Shown: positions 11,150 through 20,852 of the stretch, piece by piece
Layout of the letters: every line of letters starts with the position of its first letter
Numbering within the stretch: position 1 is the first letter of the stretch
Source: an uncultured Verrucomicrobiae bacterium
Lineage (GTDB): Bacteria > Verrucomicrobiota > Verrucomicrobiia > Chthoniobacterales > JAFAMB01
Assembly (NCBI GenBank): GCA_963813025.1
Contig: CAWEXO010000005.1
Coordinates: 64,001 to 128,000 of the forward strand
DNA length: 64,000 nucleotides
Direction of reading: 5' to 3'
Position numbers and translations under genes: made by a program
Notes under the pieces: model-generated
Told to the model about the DNA's origin: nothing
Databases searched by the model: none
What the model saw: only the letters and a program-made list of their open reading frames with translations

Positions 11150-11704
11150 TCAGACAGCCGGCGCGGACCCAGCGGACCGAACGCGAAAAGCCCAAATAGT
11201 CACCGCAACGCCCTGAATGAGCAGGAGCACCCCCAACACGATCGGAACGGCCAATGCTGCAGTGACCGGCCGGCCGAGGAGGAACAATCCCACCAGCAGA
11301 TTGATCGCTCCCAGAATCCCTGGCCCGAATCCGCCGCCACGAAAACCCGAGATGATTTCGAGAATGCCCAGAATCACCCCCTGAGCGCCAAGTATGAGGA
11401 CGAAGACCGTAGGCACAGTCAATGCGGCGAGCAGCGGGTGTCTCAGGACGAGCAGACCTGCCAAAATGCCGACGATCCCGGTGAGCAGCGACCAACCCCA
11501 ATGAACGGAGCGATGCACAAAAGCCTGCACGAGGGCAAGCACCCCGGTAATCAACCAGTAAAACCCTAACAGTGTCACGAGCGCAACCATGGTGGCCGCA
11601 GGCTCGAGGAGAAGCATGATGCCGAGAACAATCGCGGAAAGCCCTTGGAGCAAAAACAGCCACCAGATATCCGCATGCTCTTTTCGTAAACCGACGGTAG
11701 TCAT
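11150..11704 (-). CDS. HdeD/DUF308 family membrane protein
   Basis: 'WWLFLLQGLSAIVLGI...P', repeated TM hairpins. Confidence 0.85.
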   Translation of the reverse strand: MTTVGLRKEHADIWWLFLLQGLSAIVLGIMLLLEPAATMVALVTLLGFYWLITGVLALVQAFVHRSVHWGWSLLTGIVGILAGLLVLRHPLLAALTVPTVFVLILGAQGVILGILEIISGFRGGGFGPGILGAINLLVGLFLLGRPVTAALAVPIVLGVLLLIQGVAVTIWAFRVRSAGSAPAV

Positions 11705-11897
11705 ATGATCGACCTTCCTAGCACGTTGGGCAATCGACGACCAGCGTTCAAATCAAGCTTTGTTGCCGAGGACAGCGTCGGCAATGGTTTTGCGGGCCAC
11801 CGTCGAAGCTGTCGCCGTTCACGTCCTCGTTTCTGGCATTGACTTCGGCCCCTCGTCGGGACTTTATTGGATTCCGGCATTCATGCCTTCCCCCCCT

Positions 11898-12851
11898 ATG
11901 CGCACAATCTATCGCTTGTTCGGGCCGATTATCGGCCTTCTTTTAGCAGGGCTGACTCCTTCACTGAGTTCAGCCCAAGAGCATAAAGATGTTTATTACT
12001 GGATCTCACACGGCGCCCCAACCGACCCCGTCTGGACTTATTTCCTGCAAGGAGCCGAGCAATGGGCCAAGGATACCGGAGCTGAGGTGCGGACATCGTT
12101 CCACAGCGGCGATGTTCCGTCTCACCAGGAGGCTATCCGAGCGGCGATCACGGCGAAGGCGCGTGGTATCGTTACCAGCACTCCTGATCCGGGAAGCCTG
12201 ACCCAGGTTATCTCCGAGGCGCATGCTGCCGGAATCCCGGTGATCATTATGAACACCGAGGACAAAACCAGCGGACGCGATGCTTATGTCGGCGGCGACA
12301 ATGTCGCTATCGGGCATCGCTGGGCGCAGTACCTGGTTGACCATGGATTTGTCAAAAAGGGCGACCTCGTGTGGCTACCGGTCGAGGTGGCCGGAGCGAC
12401 CTATCAAACGCTCGAAACGCAAGGCATCAATGCCGTTTTTGAGCCGCTTGGAATCAACAAGGAAATCACCGAGACCAAGCTCGACCAAGCCGAGATCATT
12501 ACCCGGATGTCTGACTACCTGACCGCCAACAAGGGCAAAATCAAAGCGATTATCGGTCTGGGCGACCTCGTGACTGGAAGCATCAAACGAGTCTTCGACC
12601 AAGTAGGCGTCAAACCCGGGGAAATCCCGGTCATCGGTTGGGGCAACTCTCCGGACACTGCCCAGGAGGTTCTGGACGGATACGTCAATGCCGCCATGTG
12701 GCAAGATCCGCAGGCGACCAGTTACATGGCTCTATCGATGGCGGCAATGGCGGCCAGCAAAATTCCACCGGGATTCGATATCAGCGTCGGCACCCTTTAC
12801 GAAAAGGACAAAGCGCCCACTTATCTCAAGCTGATGCAGGGCAAGAAGTGA
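11898..12851 (+). CDS. Sugar ABC transporter substrate-binding protein
   Basis: Signal peptide, 'ISHG...DPVW', 'AGIPVII.N', 'YVGGDN'; first gene of ABC operon. Confidence 0.88.
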   Translation: MRTIYRLFGPIIGLLLAGLTPSLSSAQEHKDVYYWISHGAPTDPVWTYFLQGAEQWAKDTGAEVRTSFHSGDVPSHQEAIRAAITAKARGIVTSTPDPGSLTQVISEAHAAGIPVIIMNTEDKTSGRDAYVGGDNVAIGHRWAQYLVDHGFVKKGDLVWLPVEVAGATYQTLETQGINAVFEPLGINKEITETKLDQAEIITRMSDYLTANKGKIKAIIGLGDLVTGSIKRVFDQVGVKPGEIPVIGWGNSPDTAQEVLDGYVNAAMWQDPQATSYMALSMAAMAASKIPPGFDISVGTLYEKDKAPTYLKLMQGKK

Positions 12852-12995
12852 TTGGCGCAAAAGGCGGAAACCAATTCACCACATCCTGCCGGTCCGGAAC
12901 CCTGACAAGCTGGAAGCTTTTCCTGCACCTTCACCCGTCCCCACTTCAGCAGCTCTTCTCGACAACCGACCCCACATAGGGGAGAACTCTCAGCC

Positions 12996-13961
12996 ATGCG
13001 GAAGCTCTTAGCACGGCCTGAGTTCGGGCCGTTTGTTCTGCTGGTGCTGGAGATAACTATTTTCACGGCGAAATCGCCCGCTTTTCTCTCGGTCGGCAAC
13101 ATTAGCAACTTGCTCGCATTCACCCCTGAGCTGGGCATGGTCAGCCTGGGCATGACCCTCCTGATGATTTCGGGTGAGTTCGACCTTTCGGTAGGTTCAG
13201 TCTTCGGCTTTGCGCCGGTCATCATGTGGACCTTTTACAACACGCATACGACTTCGCTCGAAGTTGGTTTCCTCATCGCCATGGCGCTGGCGGTCCTCGT
13301 TGGATTCATTAATGGCTGGCTGGTCACGCGTCTGAAAATTCCGTCCTTCCTGGTTACTCTCGGCATGCTTCTGGTGGTTCGCGGAACTGCGCTTTACATT
13401 ACTGACGGCTTTCCGCAACACACCTGGACCGGGAAATCCCCGCTGACCAACTTTATTGTCGGCGCATTTTCACTGGGATCCCTGCGCATTTACGCGTCTT
13501 TGCTCTGGTTTATCCTGTTCGCCCTGATCCTCGGCTACGTGCTAAGCCTCTCGAAAGCGGGCAATTGGATTCAGGCGGCCGGTGGCAATCCGGAAGCAGC
13601 TCGCGCCCGCGGCGTGCGCGTGGCTCGAACCAAGATACTCCTCTTTATTCTGACGGCGGTGATTTCCGCTTACGCCGGGATCACCAGTTCCATCCGCGTT
13701 TCCTCGGCAAACCCGAATTCTGGCACCGGCTACGAACTGGAAGTGATTGCCATGGTGGTGATCGGCGGCACCGCACTGAGCGGAGGCCGCGGCACGATCC
13801 TTGGCACGGTGCTCGGTGTTCTGATCTTGCGGATGATGCGCAACGGCATCGTCTTGATCGGGGTGCCGGGCCTGGCCTATAACATCTTTATTGGCGCGAT
13901 TATTTTAGTAATTATGGCGCTGCATTCTGGACTGGAACGGAGGCACCACGCAGGAACTTAG
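12996..13961 (+). CDS. Sugar ABC transporter permease (RbsC-like)
   Basis: 'GEFDLSVGS', 'IPSFLVTLG', 'GGN.EAARARGV', 'ELEVIAMVVIGGTAL.GG.G'. Confidence 0.93.
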   Translation: MRKLLARPEFGPFVLLVLEITIFTAKSPAFLSVGNISNLLAFTPELGMVSLGMTLLMISGEFDLSVGSVFGFAPVIMWTFYNTHTTSLEVGFLIAMALAVLVGFINGWLVTRLKIPSFLVTLGMLLVVRGTALYITDGFPQHTWTGKSPLTNFIVGAFSLGSLRIYASLLWFILFALILGYVLSLSKAGNWIQAAGGNPEAARARGVRVARTKILLFILTAVISAYAGITSSIRVSSANPNSGTGYELEVIAMVVIGGTALSGGRGTILGTVLGVLILRMMRNGIVLIGVPGLAYNIFIGAIILVIMALHSGLERRHHAGT

Positions 13962-14059
13962 ATTGTGCATTGGACCAATTCGTCGTTATCGATTTGAGAG
14001 GAGTTTTCGGCCGGCGGTCTCGGCCGACGTGGTGAGACAAGCGACGACATTGAAACTCT

Positions 14060-14806
14060 ATGGAAGATGATTTTCTCGTTCGCATGGAGCGCATTAGCAA
14101 GTCCTTCGGGCAGGTTCAAGCGCTCAAAGATGTCTCCTTTGCCGTCCGCCCAAGCGAAATTGTCGGCCTTCTGGGTGACAACGGCGCTGGTAAGTCGACG
14201 CTCATCAAGATCCTTTCCGGAGCACTCCGAGCCAGCAGCGGCGACATCTTCATCCATGGGAAAAAGGTCCAGATCCGCACCACGACGGATGCGATCAGAT
14301 TAGGGATCGAGACGATCTATCAGGACTCAGCGCTGGTAACGCAACTGTCGATCGCCCGTAATCTCTTCCTGGGGCGTGAACCGGTGAAGGGGCCGCGGAT
14401 CTTCGGACGGTTGAACCAAACCGACATGAACGAAGTTGCCAGTGATTTGCTTAAACAGGTCGGAATCAGCAAAGACATTCCCGCGACGACTCCGGTGAGC
14501 GCGCTTTCCGGCGGCGAACGTCAAGCCGTGGCGATTGCCCGGGCGCTTTTTTTTGAGAGCAATCTGATCATTCTCGATGAGCCTACCAATAATCTCGGAG
14601 TGCAGGAAACCCAGGGTGTTTTGCAGTTTGTCCGGAATGCCCGTGATGCTGGGCATTCCTGCATTCTCATCGCGCACAACATCTATCACGTGTTTCAGGT
14701 TGTCGACCGGATCGTCGTCCTGCGACGGGGAAAGAAAGTGGCCGACGACATAATTCCCAAGCAAACAACGATCGAGGCGGTCGAGCGCATTATCACGGGG
14801 ATGTAG
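14060..14806 (+). CDS. Sugar ABC transporter ATP-binding protein
   Basis: Walker A GDNGAGKST, LSGGERQ, Walker B IILDEPT. Confidence 0.95.
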   Translation: MEDDFLVRMERISKSFGQVQALKDVSFAVRPSEIVGLLGDNGAGKSTLIKILSGALRASSGDIFIHGKKVQIRTTTDAIRLGIETIYQDSALVTQLSIARNLFLGREPVKGPRIFGRLNQTDMNEVASDLLKQVGISKDIPATTPVSALSGGERQAVAIARALFFESNLIILDEPTNNLGVQETQGVLQFVRNARDAGHSCILIAHNIYHVFQVVDRIVVLRRGKKVADDIIPKQTTIEAVERIITGM

Positions 14807-14917
14807 GGCAGCGCGCCAACGGCGCGCGCTGCGCAATCGCAAGTAGCAAATCGCGAATAGCAGAGAGCGAACCGATTCAGCCATCTGTCTGCGATTCGCG
14901 ATTCGCGAAAGCGACGC

Positions 14918-15187
14918 CTAGCCGCCGCCGGTCGATTTCCGCGTACCCCACGGTTTCACCAGATCGCGCGTAATGAGCAGCAGGAGGAGCACAGCAATGG
15001 CGACTAGAACTCCCAAGACAATTTTGAACCCGAAGTAGACCTGGTCAGGCAAGCTAATGACTTCATTGATGATCAGCAAGAAAACCGCAATGAATGTAAC
15101 AAGAACGAAAATTGCGATCTTCGTGAAAAGTGGTCGACGTCCGGGAGGTGGAGGGTTCGTTTCTTTGCGAATATCGTCTGCTGGCAT
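14918..15187 (-). CDS. Small two-TM hypothetical membrane protein
   Basis: 89 aa with two clear hydrophobic helices. Confidence 0.6.
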   Translation of the reverse strand: MPADDIRKETNPPPPGRRPLFTKIAIFVLVTFIAVFLLIINEVISLPDQVYFGFKIVLGVLVAIAVLLLLLITRDLVKPWGTRKSTGGG

Positions 15188-15678
15188 AGGGGAAGCGCTT
15201 GAAGAAGCGCGAATACCACATAGCAGATCGTAAATAGTAAATCAAACGGCTAGTATCCGCGTAATCTTTTATCACCGAGGCAACCGCGTCGAACCATCTG
15301 GTTCCACTACCGATTTCAAGGATAATTACTTGACGCTGTCCGGATTGACCGCCCGGGCTGGAACTGGCACTGACACTAACACCGGGACTAGTGCACCGTC
15401 CCTCATATAAATGGTGCCATCGTTGCGTTCAAAATGGGCCGCCGGCAAGGCGCGACGAGGACACATATCTGAATCGATACGTTACCGAGGAGTAACGCAG
15501 CCGCCGGTCCATTTTCAACGCAACCCTTTGGGCCACGGCCAGTTGGCTGTTTTTCGGCGTTGCTCGCTCGACCCGTATGATTCAGATATGGGCGCTTCGC
15601 TCGCGCCTTGAAAAACAGCCAACTGAACCTGCGGCGATGGTATCATCATATGAGAGACGGTGCACTAGCAGCGACACG

Positions 15679-15894
15679 CTACGCCCTCGCTACCGGCGGA
15701 TGGGGCGGAGGCGTGTCCGGCAGCGGCGGATCGGTCTCCGGTCGAGGCGGAAAGGGAGGATTTGGCGGCGCGGGTCGGGGAGCCGGCTCCGGACCGGGCG
15801 GCACAGGTTGCGGGGGCTGAGGTTGCGGTATGTCAGGAGCAGTCGGAGGGACCTGTTGACTTCGCGGCAGCTTATTGGGATTCAATTGATTCAT
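15679..15894 (-). CDS. Small proline-rich protein
   Basis: 71-aa frame from ATG 15894, very Pro-rich; low complexity makes the call uncertain. Confidence 0.45.
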   Translation of the reverse strand: MNQLNPNKLPRSQQVPPTAPDIPQPQPPQPVPPGPEPAPRPAPPNPPFPPRPETDPPLPDTPPPHPPVARA

Positions 15895-16050
15895 GAGAGG
15901 ACGACACTTCAGACGAAGGAAAGACATCTTGAGTTCGCGACTAAGCCGATGAATGGTCCTAGCGATCCAACGATCGCCGGTACACGCAAGACGCACGGCC
16001 CTGTGCTGGTAGCGAAAAATTCAGAGATTGTCTAGCAAGACCCACGCTGA

Positions 16051-16161
16051 TAGGGGCAAGCTCCTGCTTGACCGTCAACGCGCGAGCCATCTCTCAACTT
16101 GGACGAGCAGGAGCTCATCCCTACCGCACACTCATCCTTATGGCGCCAACAGCCCGAAAGG
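16051..16161. repeat. GTAG-type REP-like palindrome, family A copy 2
   Basis: TAGGGGCAAGCTCCTGCTTGACCG...GACGAGCAGGAGCTCATCCCTACCGCAC; matches 6366-6474. Confidence 0.75.
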
Positions 16162-16221
16162 ACGCGTATCCTCCGGAGCTGCTATTTACTACCGCGTTTG
16201 CGATCTGCGATTTGCTATCCG

Positions 16222-17271
16222 TCAGGTGACGTGCGGCCCTAAAAGTGAGATATCAGCTGGGCTCAGGCGATCCTTGGCGGTTTTTGCCTGATGCCAATAG
16301 GGGTAAAGCAAAGGCGGCCGGCTGACCTCATCCAGGCGATTGAATTCCTCTTCACTGAGTTGCATGTTTGCCGCCCCAAGATTGTTTTTCAGTTGTTCTT
16401 CAGTTCGAGCACCGATGATTACTGAACTCACCCCAGGTTTCCGCAGAAGGTAAGCAAGCGCGACCTGCGCACCGGAGGCGTTATGCGCTTTGCCGACCGA
16501 GATGATCACTTCAACGATGTCATAGAGTTTCTCTCGATCGTAAACGGGTGGCTCACCCCAGTCATTTAAATGCCGGCCTTCAGGCTGATCAGATCCCCGG
16601 CGATACTTGCCCGAGAGCAAACCACCAGCCAAAGGGCTCCAGACCAGTATCCCCAAGCCTTGATCCAACGAGATGGGCACCAACTCGTACTCCGCGTCTC
16701 GTCCTTGCAAAGAATAATAAATTTGCTGACTGACGAACGGAACGAAGTTGTGCCGAGCCGCTACGCCGAGCGCTTTCATCAGGTGCCACCCTGAATAGTT
16801 CGATGCACCGATATACCGCACCTTACCGGCCCGGATCAGAGAATCTAAAGCCTCCATCGATTCCTCCAAAGGAGTTTGACCATCCCATTCGTGGAGCTGA
16901 TAAAGATCGATGTGGTCGGTCCGCAGTCGTTTGAGACTGCGTTCGCATTCCCGCACAATATGATAGCGGGAAGTTCCTCCATCGTTCGGGCCGGTACCGA
17001 TGACCATACGCGCTTTCGTGGCGATCAATACGTCATCGCGCCGGCTCTCCAACACCTCACCCAGAATTTCCTCGGATACCCCCTCCGAGTACACGTTCGC
17101 GGTGTCGTAGAAATTTATCCCAGCTTCAAGACAAAGATCGACTTGGCGGCGCGCATCCGCCACGCCGGTTGAACCGACCTTGCTGAAAAAACTGCGACCT
17201 CCAAAGGTCATTGTGCCAAGAGTAAGAACGGACACTCTGAGGCCGGAGCGTCCAAGTTGCCGATATTCCAT
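16222..17271 (-). CDS. Aldo/keto reductase
   Basis: 'LGRSGLRVS.L.LGTMTFG', 'DTANVYS.G.SE', 'SLKRLRTDHIDLYQLH', 'WSPLAGGLLSGKY'. Confidence 0.95.
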   Translation of the reverse strand: MEYRQLGRSGLRVSVLTLGTMTFGGRSFFSKVGSTGVADARRQVDLCLEAGINFYDTANVYSEGVSEEILGEVLESRRDDVLIATKARMVIGTGPNDGGTSRYHIVRECERSLKRLRTDHIDLYQLHEWDGQTPLEESMEALDSLIRAGKVRYIGASNYSGWHLMKALGVAARHNFVPFVSQQIYYSLQGRDAEYELVPISLDQGLGILVWSPLAGGLLSGKYRRGSDQPEGRHLNDWGEPPVYDREKLYDIVEVIISVGKAHNASGAQVALAYLLRKPGVSSVIIGARTEEQLKNNLGAANMQLSEEEFNRLDEVSRPPLLYPYWHQAKTAKDRLSPADISLLGPHVT

Positions 17272-17319
17272 AGACTACGTTTACCGTGAGCAGCCCGAGG
17301 TTCAAGGCTCGGTTCCGGC

Positions 17320-17421
17320 CGGGCGAAAATTTATTCGAGGCGTCTTTGAGGCGTGGCAACTTCAGTGTCGGGCTCGAACGAATCTTCGCCGAAGGCTCAG
17401 ATAAATTCTCGCGCTACTGGC
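17320..17421. repeat. REP-like palindrome, family B copy 1
   Basis: Reverse complement aligns with 60740-60866 (GCGAAAATTTATCCGAGCCTT...GAATTTTCGCCC). Confidence 0.7.
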
Positions 17422-17574
17422 ACAAGGCGGGAGAAACGCTGTACTATCCCGCAAGCGGTCCGCGCTACGTCAGCCAAATGTCTTCTTGCCTTCTTTCAGA
17501 TAGTCGAAGAAAACGTCTCTCGCAGCTTTTCCGAAAAATCGAAGGAACATCTCACACCTAGAGAGGGACAATGT

Positions 17575-18258
17575 ATGAAGAAAGTTATCGTCGAATTCAT
17601 TGGGACATTTTTTCTTGTCTCGACAGTAGGAAACACGGTTCTCAATCCGGGCGGCGTTGGCAATTTCGCGCCACTGGCCATTGGCACCATTCTCATGACG
17701 ATGATCTTCGCCGGAGGACACATTTCCGGTGGTCACTACAATCCGGCCGTCACTTTGGCGGTTTTGATCCGAGGTAAATGCCCCCTTTCCGATGCAATCA
17801 GCTATTGGATCGCCCAATTTCTGGCTGCGCTGGTCGCCGCAGCGATCGTTGTCTACCTGAAGGGTTCTCCGCAGCTGCCGCCACCGAGTGAATTCCGCAT
17901 CGGGCCTGTCCTCTTGGCAGAGTTCATTGGCACGTTTGCTCTCTGTTTTGTTGTCCTGAATGTCGCGACGGCGAAAGGGACCGAAGGGAATTCCTTTTAT
18001 GGTCTGGCGATTGGGTTCACCGTGATGGCCCAGGCATACGCGGTCGGCGCGATCTCGGGTGGAGCATTCAACTGCGCGGTCGCTTTAGGAATCACCGTGT
18101 GGGGGTTGGTCAGCTGGAGTAATTTCATACTTTATCTGATCGCCGAGCTGGCCGCAGCCGCGGTCGCCGCCGCTGTCTTTCTTTATGTTAATCCAGAGGA
18201 ATCGATGGGACCATTGGAAACTCCTCCGGGTCCGGAAAAAGAAGCTCCGTTGGCTTAG
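17575..18258 (+). CDS. Aquaporin / MIP family channel
   Basis: 'EFIGTF', 'ISGGHYNPAVT', second box 'SGGAFNCAV'. Confidence 0.92.
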   Translation: MKKVIVEFIGTFFLVSTVGNTVLNPGGVGNFAPLAIGTILMTMIFAGGHISGGHYNPAVTLAVLIRGKCPLSDAISYWIAQFLAALVAAAIVVYLKGSPQLPPPSEFRIGPVLLAEFIGTFALCFVVLNVATAKGTEGNSFYGLAIGFTVMAQAYAVGAISGGAFNCAVALGITVWGLVSWSNFILYLIAELAAAAVAAAVFLYVNPEESMGPLETPPGPEKEAPLA

Positions 18259-18339
18259 TTAGTCCGGTTGCCACGACGTCATCGCCATTGCTCGCCGCGA
18301 CCGTTTCGAAACCGCCTTGAGCCGGTCAGGCCCTTTCCT

Positions 18340-20523
18340 TCACCGGCCCGCGGTCACCCCCGGCGCCTCCCCGGGTAATTTCGCTCCGAGCTGATGGGCA
18401 AAGAAGGAGAACACGTCTGTCAGATCAGACACCTGCTGATCGAGAGAGCTGCCAAATCCATGCCCAAAGGAGTTAATGCGCAGCAGAATAGGATTGCCCG
18501 GTGCGGCCGCCGCTTGCAATCGCGCGACGAATTTCAGCGAATTGGAAGGAGCTACCCGCCCATCATTAAGCCCGGCAGTTATCAGGATAGCTGGATACTT
18601 TGTGCCATCGACCACATGATGGTAAGGCGAGTAGGCATACAAGGCTTTAAATTGCGCCAAGTCTTTCACTGAGCCGAACTCAGTCACATTGAACATGCCG
18701 TTCGGCTCGAGTTCTGATCGCAGCGAATCGTAGATACCTGCCTCGGAAACAACCGCTTTCATCAGGTCCGGATGCTGCGTAATCATGGCTCCCATGAGCA
18801 GGCCTCCGTTGCTACCTCCTAACATGCCGAGTCGCGACACCGAGGTGTACTTGTGCTCCAGCAAATAATGAGCACACGCAGCAAAGTCGTCGAAAACGTT
18901 CTGTTTGCGCGTTAGATTGCCCGCTTTGTGCCAGGCTTCTCCGAATTCGTTGCCCCCACGCAGGTTCGTATCGACATAAATGCCGCCTCGATCGTACCAG
19001 GCTCGAAAGCTCAACCGCACTCGCGGTTCTTCGCTCAATCCATAGCCACCGTAGCCATAAAGAATGGTGGGGTTTTGCCCATCCAGTTTCATCCCTCTTT
19101 TGTGGACAATGTTCAGCGGCACTTTTGTTCCGTCCTTGGAGATCGCAAAATCACGGGTCACTTCCAGATCATCGAAGTTAACGGCGGCCTTGGTGTTGAG
19201 CGCGGTGGCCAGCAATTTATTACCCGCCGAGTCATACCGGAACCATTCCGGAAGGGACGTGTAACTGCCGATGCGCGCTAGAGCCATGTCCTCTGCCGCC
19301 GCGACTTCCGCGACATTGGACACCGGCGGAACCGGTGCAACGCGTCTGTTTTTTCCATCGAGATCGTAGACGTGCAAACTGGACGGACCGCCCTCCAAGG
19401 TCTTAAGCAGGAGTGAGCTATCCGTAACCGCGACCTCCTGCAAAACGCCCTCCCCTTGCGGAACGATTGTTTTTGGACCCGCGTCGGACTTCAAATCGAA
19501 TTGAACCAACTGGCCTCTGGGCGCGCCAGCCTGTGAGATCGCAAAGAAAGACAGGTCCGGTCCAATCTTTCCTCTTTTTATGCGGTCGGCGAAGTGAGTG
19601 AACTGTCGCCATTTCTGGTCCGGGCCAAGGACGAAATGCTCGAAATCCCCGCCGTCCCCGTTGGCTACAGTAGCGACGACGAGATCGACGGTGCGGCTCG
19701 ATTGCAGTTCGACCTCGGCGATCTTGGGAAACTGCGAGCCAATCGCGTAAACATCCGCGCTCTCTGGAGTTCCCATTTTGTGGAAGTAGACCTGCTGGTA
19801 GAAATGGAGATCGGCGACTGGCCGCTCACCTTCGCGCGGATACCGCGTATAGAAAATTCCTGCGCCATCCCGGGTCCAGGCAGCACTTCCGCCACCGGTC
19901 GGATACTGGACACGGGTGAGGTGATCGGGAAGCTGTTGACCCGTTGCCCCGTCAAAAAAGTACAGATCGCCATCCTCAGTCCCGCTTTTCGAGAGCGACA
20001 CGGCCACTTTTGAGCCGTCGTGAGACGAGATGAACCAGTCGATCGCGGTAACGCCTTTCGGGTCCAGGGTATTCGGATCGCATACGCTTCTGGCGGACTT
20101 CACTGGCTGATCGGGCGAATCGAGGACGACCAGCACCTCTTGCTGTTTGGACGGATCAAACTCCAAAGCGAAGATTTTCCCGCCAGCCAATTGAAAACCG
20201 CCCACGGACGGCGGAGTTGAGGTGATCAAGGTCTTGATCTGGGAAGCAATTTCGTTCCGCCCCGGCATTGCATCGAGAAACTCCCGGGCCCGGGCATTCT
20301 CTTTCTCCGCCCAGGCTTTGACTTCGGGATTCGAGGGTTGCTCCATCCATTGATAGTCGTCGCGAACTGCGATTCCATGATAGGTATCGGTGACCGGTTT
20401 CTTTGCAGTCGGGGGAACCGGCGCCAAAGGTGGTGCGGCGTTCGAGAGCGTCTGGATCAAGACCAAAAAGGAGGCGGAGTAAAGAAGTGGGTGCTTGGAA
20501 CGCATGGGCGAGCAAAGTGGCAC
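18340..20523 (-). CDS. Prolyl oligopeptidase (S9A), secreted
   Basis: 'YGYGGY', 'NLRGGNEFG..WH', nucleophile GGSNGGLL, 'DGRV', 'GHG'. Confidence 0.93.
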   Translation of the reverse strand: MPLCSPMRSKHPLLYSASFLVLIQTLSNAAPPLAPVPPTAKKPVTDTYHGIAVRDDYQWMEQPSNPEVKAWAEKENARAREFLDAMPGRNEIASQIKTLITSTPPSVGGFQLAGGKIFALEFDPSKQQEVLVVLDSPDQPVKSARSVCDPNTLDPKGVTAIDWFISSHDGSKVAVSLSKSGTEDGDLYFFDGATGQQLPDHLTRVQYPTGGGSAAWTRDGAGIFYTRYPREGERPVADLHFYQQVYFHKMGTPESADVYAIGSQFPKIAEVELQSSRTVDLVVATVANGDGGDFEHFVLGPDQKWRQFTHFADRIKRGKIGPDLSFFAISQAGAPRGQLVQFDLKSDAGPKTIVPQGEGVLQEVAVTDSSLLLKTLEGGPSSLHVYDLDGKNRRVAPVPPVSNVAEVAAAEDMALARIGSYTSLPEWFRYDSAGNKLLATALNTKAAVNFDDLEVTRDFAISKDGTKVPLNIVHKRGMKLDGQNPTILYGYGGYGLSEEPRVRLSFRAWYDRGGIYVDTNLRGGNEFGEAWHKAGNLTRKQNVFDDFAACAHYLLEHKYTSVSRLGMLGGSNGGLLMGAMITQHPDLMKAVVSEAGIYDSLRSELEPNGMFNVTEFGSVKDLAQFKALYAYSPYHHVVDGTKYPAILITAGLNDGRVAPSNSLKFVARLQAAAAPGNPILLRINSFGHGFGSSLDQQVSDLTDVFSFFAHQLGAKLPGEAPGVTAGR

Positions 20524-20852
20524 GAGTTGTTCTTTGAGGCAAAAGAAGAGCGCGATTTACGAATGCATTCCCACAAATTCTACCGACCAGATAGCCGACT
20601 TTGCAGATCGTAAGTTTTGCGCTCCTGGAATGAAGAGTTGACAGCGGCAAACACTTTCGATTGAGTCTGAGAAGTCAGTTTAACGGAGGTTCCCCCCATG
20701 GATTTAGCACTCTGCCTGCGCGGCGTCCCATTCGGTCGCCCGCCTTCCTAATCCTGCCCGGATTAGAATATTGTTCGGCGTGTCTCACTGAGGCACGGCT
20801 CTTTACCACTTAACACCCAAACCCTCCCAAAATAACCCCACCATCCTTTCCA

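Noticed and set aside
15608..15820. Gly-rich ORF on plus strand
   Set aside because: Antisense mirror of the Pro-rich ORF with no independent support
20640..20852. Riboswitch or ncRNA upstream of GH3
   Set aside because: Short stems present but no family consensus I can recognise; an Rfam scan would be needed
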